A DNA stretch of 64,000 bases from Yuukianura sp. NJ FZ-2021 (Eukaryota). Of this stretch, positions 63,254 through 64,000 are shown piece by piece (position 1 is the stretch's first letter; each line of letters opens with the position of its first letter). The stretch lies in assembly GCA_046563655.1 (NCBI GenBank), contig CM102289.1, positions 8,928,001 through 8,992,000 of the forward strand, in the 5' to 3' direction. The notes under the pieces were generated by a model, which searched no databases, was not told where the DNA came from, and saw nothing but the letters and a program-made list of their open reading frames with translations. The position numbers and the translations under genes were made by a program.

Positions 63254-64000
63254 TTAGCGCCCTGTAAATTTCAAAAGTCTGTTAAATTCGTATCTTCTTT
63301 TGCACTTTTTGATCCAATCCAGCCCAACTTCCAGAGCAAACGACACAAAAGAACAAAAAAGACCGAACCACAGAATGTAACTAATCAGTTTGAGAATAAT
63401 TTGAAGCGTAAGCTGTTTTCTACGTGACCTCAACAGAGGTGACCTCCAATTGCCAGCATTGACCTCACATTTGTCATTGTCATAAAAATCCTGCGCATTT
63501 TTACTACCATACAAGCAAAGTGCATAGACCAAGTCCATTTTAAGGAACAGACGCTCTCTATATTGCGCCCACTTTTTAAAAATTCCGCTTTCATGAACCC
63601 TGGCATACGGAATTGGAAAAATGTTTTTTCCAAAAGAATTTTCGGAAGTTGCCGTAACCAATTTTAGTGAAAGTATTGGATCAGCATAGTCATTTTCCAA
63701 AACGAAAACATTTGGAAATACTTTCATCAGTTTTGCAAAGTGTTCCGTCGCCTCCCGAAATCCAAATAGAACAAAGTCTTGCGGAATGTGATAAGTTGCC
63801 GCTCGGTCGGCGACATTGACATGAGTGGTGACATTAACATGACTGGCGACATTGAGCTCAGTGGTGACATTTACTCGAGTGGTGACCTTGTCATGTATGT
63901 CCAGTTTTGTCTGGTAAGCTCCGATTAGCAATCCATGTGAAATTGGTAAGAATTGGACACGGTTGAACAAAGTTTCATAAATCGGAGTCTCCGAGGGTGT
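63254..64000 (-). CDS. Partial (3' part) divergent ionotropic-receptor-like membrane protein; continues beyond the window
   Basis: The frame is open from 64000 to the stop at 63254. RVHESGIFKKW followed by LTL..I...ILWFGLFCSFVSFALE resembles the S2 end and last TM of divergent arthropod IRs. Confidence 0.6.
   Translation of the reverse strand, partial: TPSETPIYETLFNRVQFLPISHGLLIGAYQTKLDIHDKVTTRVNVTTELNVASHVNVTTHVNVADRAATYHIPQDFVLFGFREATEHFAKLMKVFPNVFVLENDYADPILSLKLVTATSENSFGKNIFPIPYARVHESGIFKKWAQYRERLFLKMDLVYALCLYGSKNAQDFYDNDKCEVNAGNWRSPLLRSRRKQLTLQIILKLISYILWFGLFCSFVSFALEVGLDWIKKCKRRYEFNRLLKFTGR

Overview
Eukaryotic (animal) genomic DNA with short GT-AG introns. It is most likely an arthropod; dispersed TTAGG repeats, a divergent ionotropic-receptor-like gene and secreted beta/gamma-crystallin-like genes suggest a springtail-like hexapod (inference only). 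Spliced genes reconstructed by hand: a 12-finger C2H2 zinc-finger protein (+), ETFA (+), PTS/purple (-), misato/MSTO1 (+), a ~19 kb madd-4/punctin (ADAMTS-like) gene (+), MRPL34 (-), a 14-exon type II membrane M28B (PSMA/NAALADase/transferrin-receptor family) gene that has lost its catalytic and most zinc-binding residues (-), a signal peptide + LRR-like ectodomain + FMRFamide-receptor-like 7TM GPCR (+), two tandem secreted beta/gamma-crystallin-like genes (-), and the 3' part of a divergent IR-like gene (-). Introns hold many non-autonomous transposons (Merlin-like, Foldback/Mutator-like, hAT-like, Tc1/mariner-like, Helentron/DINE-like) and a 59-bp minisatellite with higher-order structure. 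Best leads: the LRR-like/FMRFaR-like GPCR fusion, the transferrin-receptor-like pseudo-peptidase with a YxxPhi tail, and the microbial-looking crystallin pair. No database searches were run; family calls come from recognised motifs.
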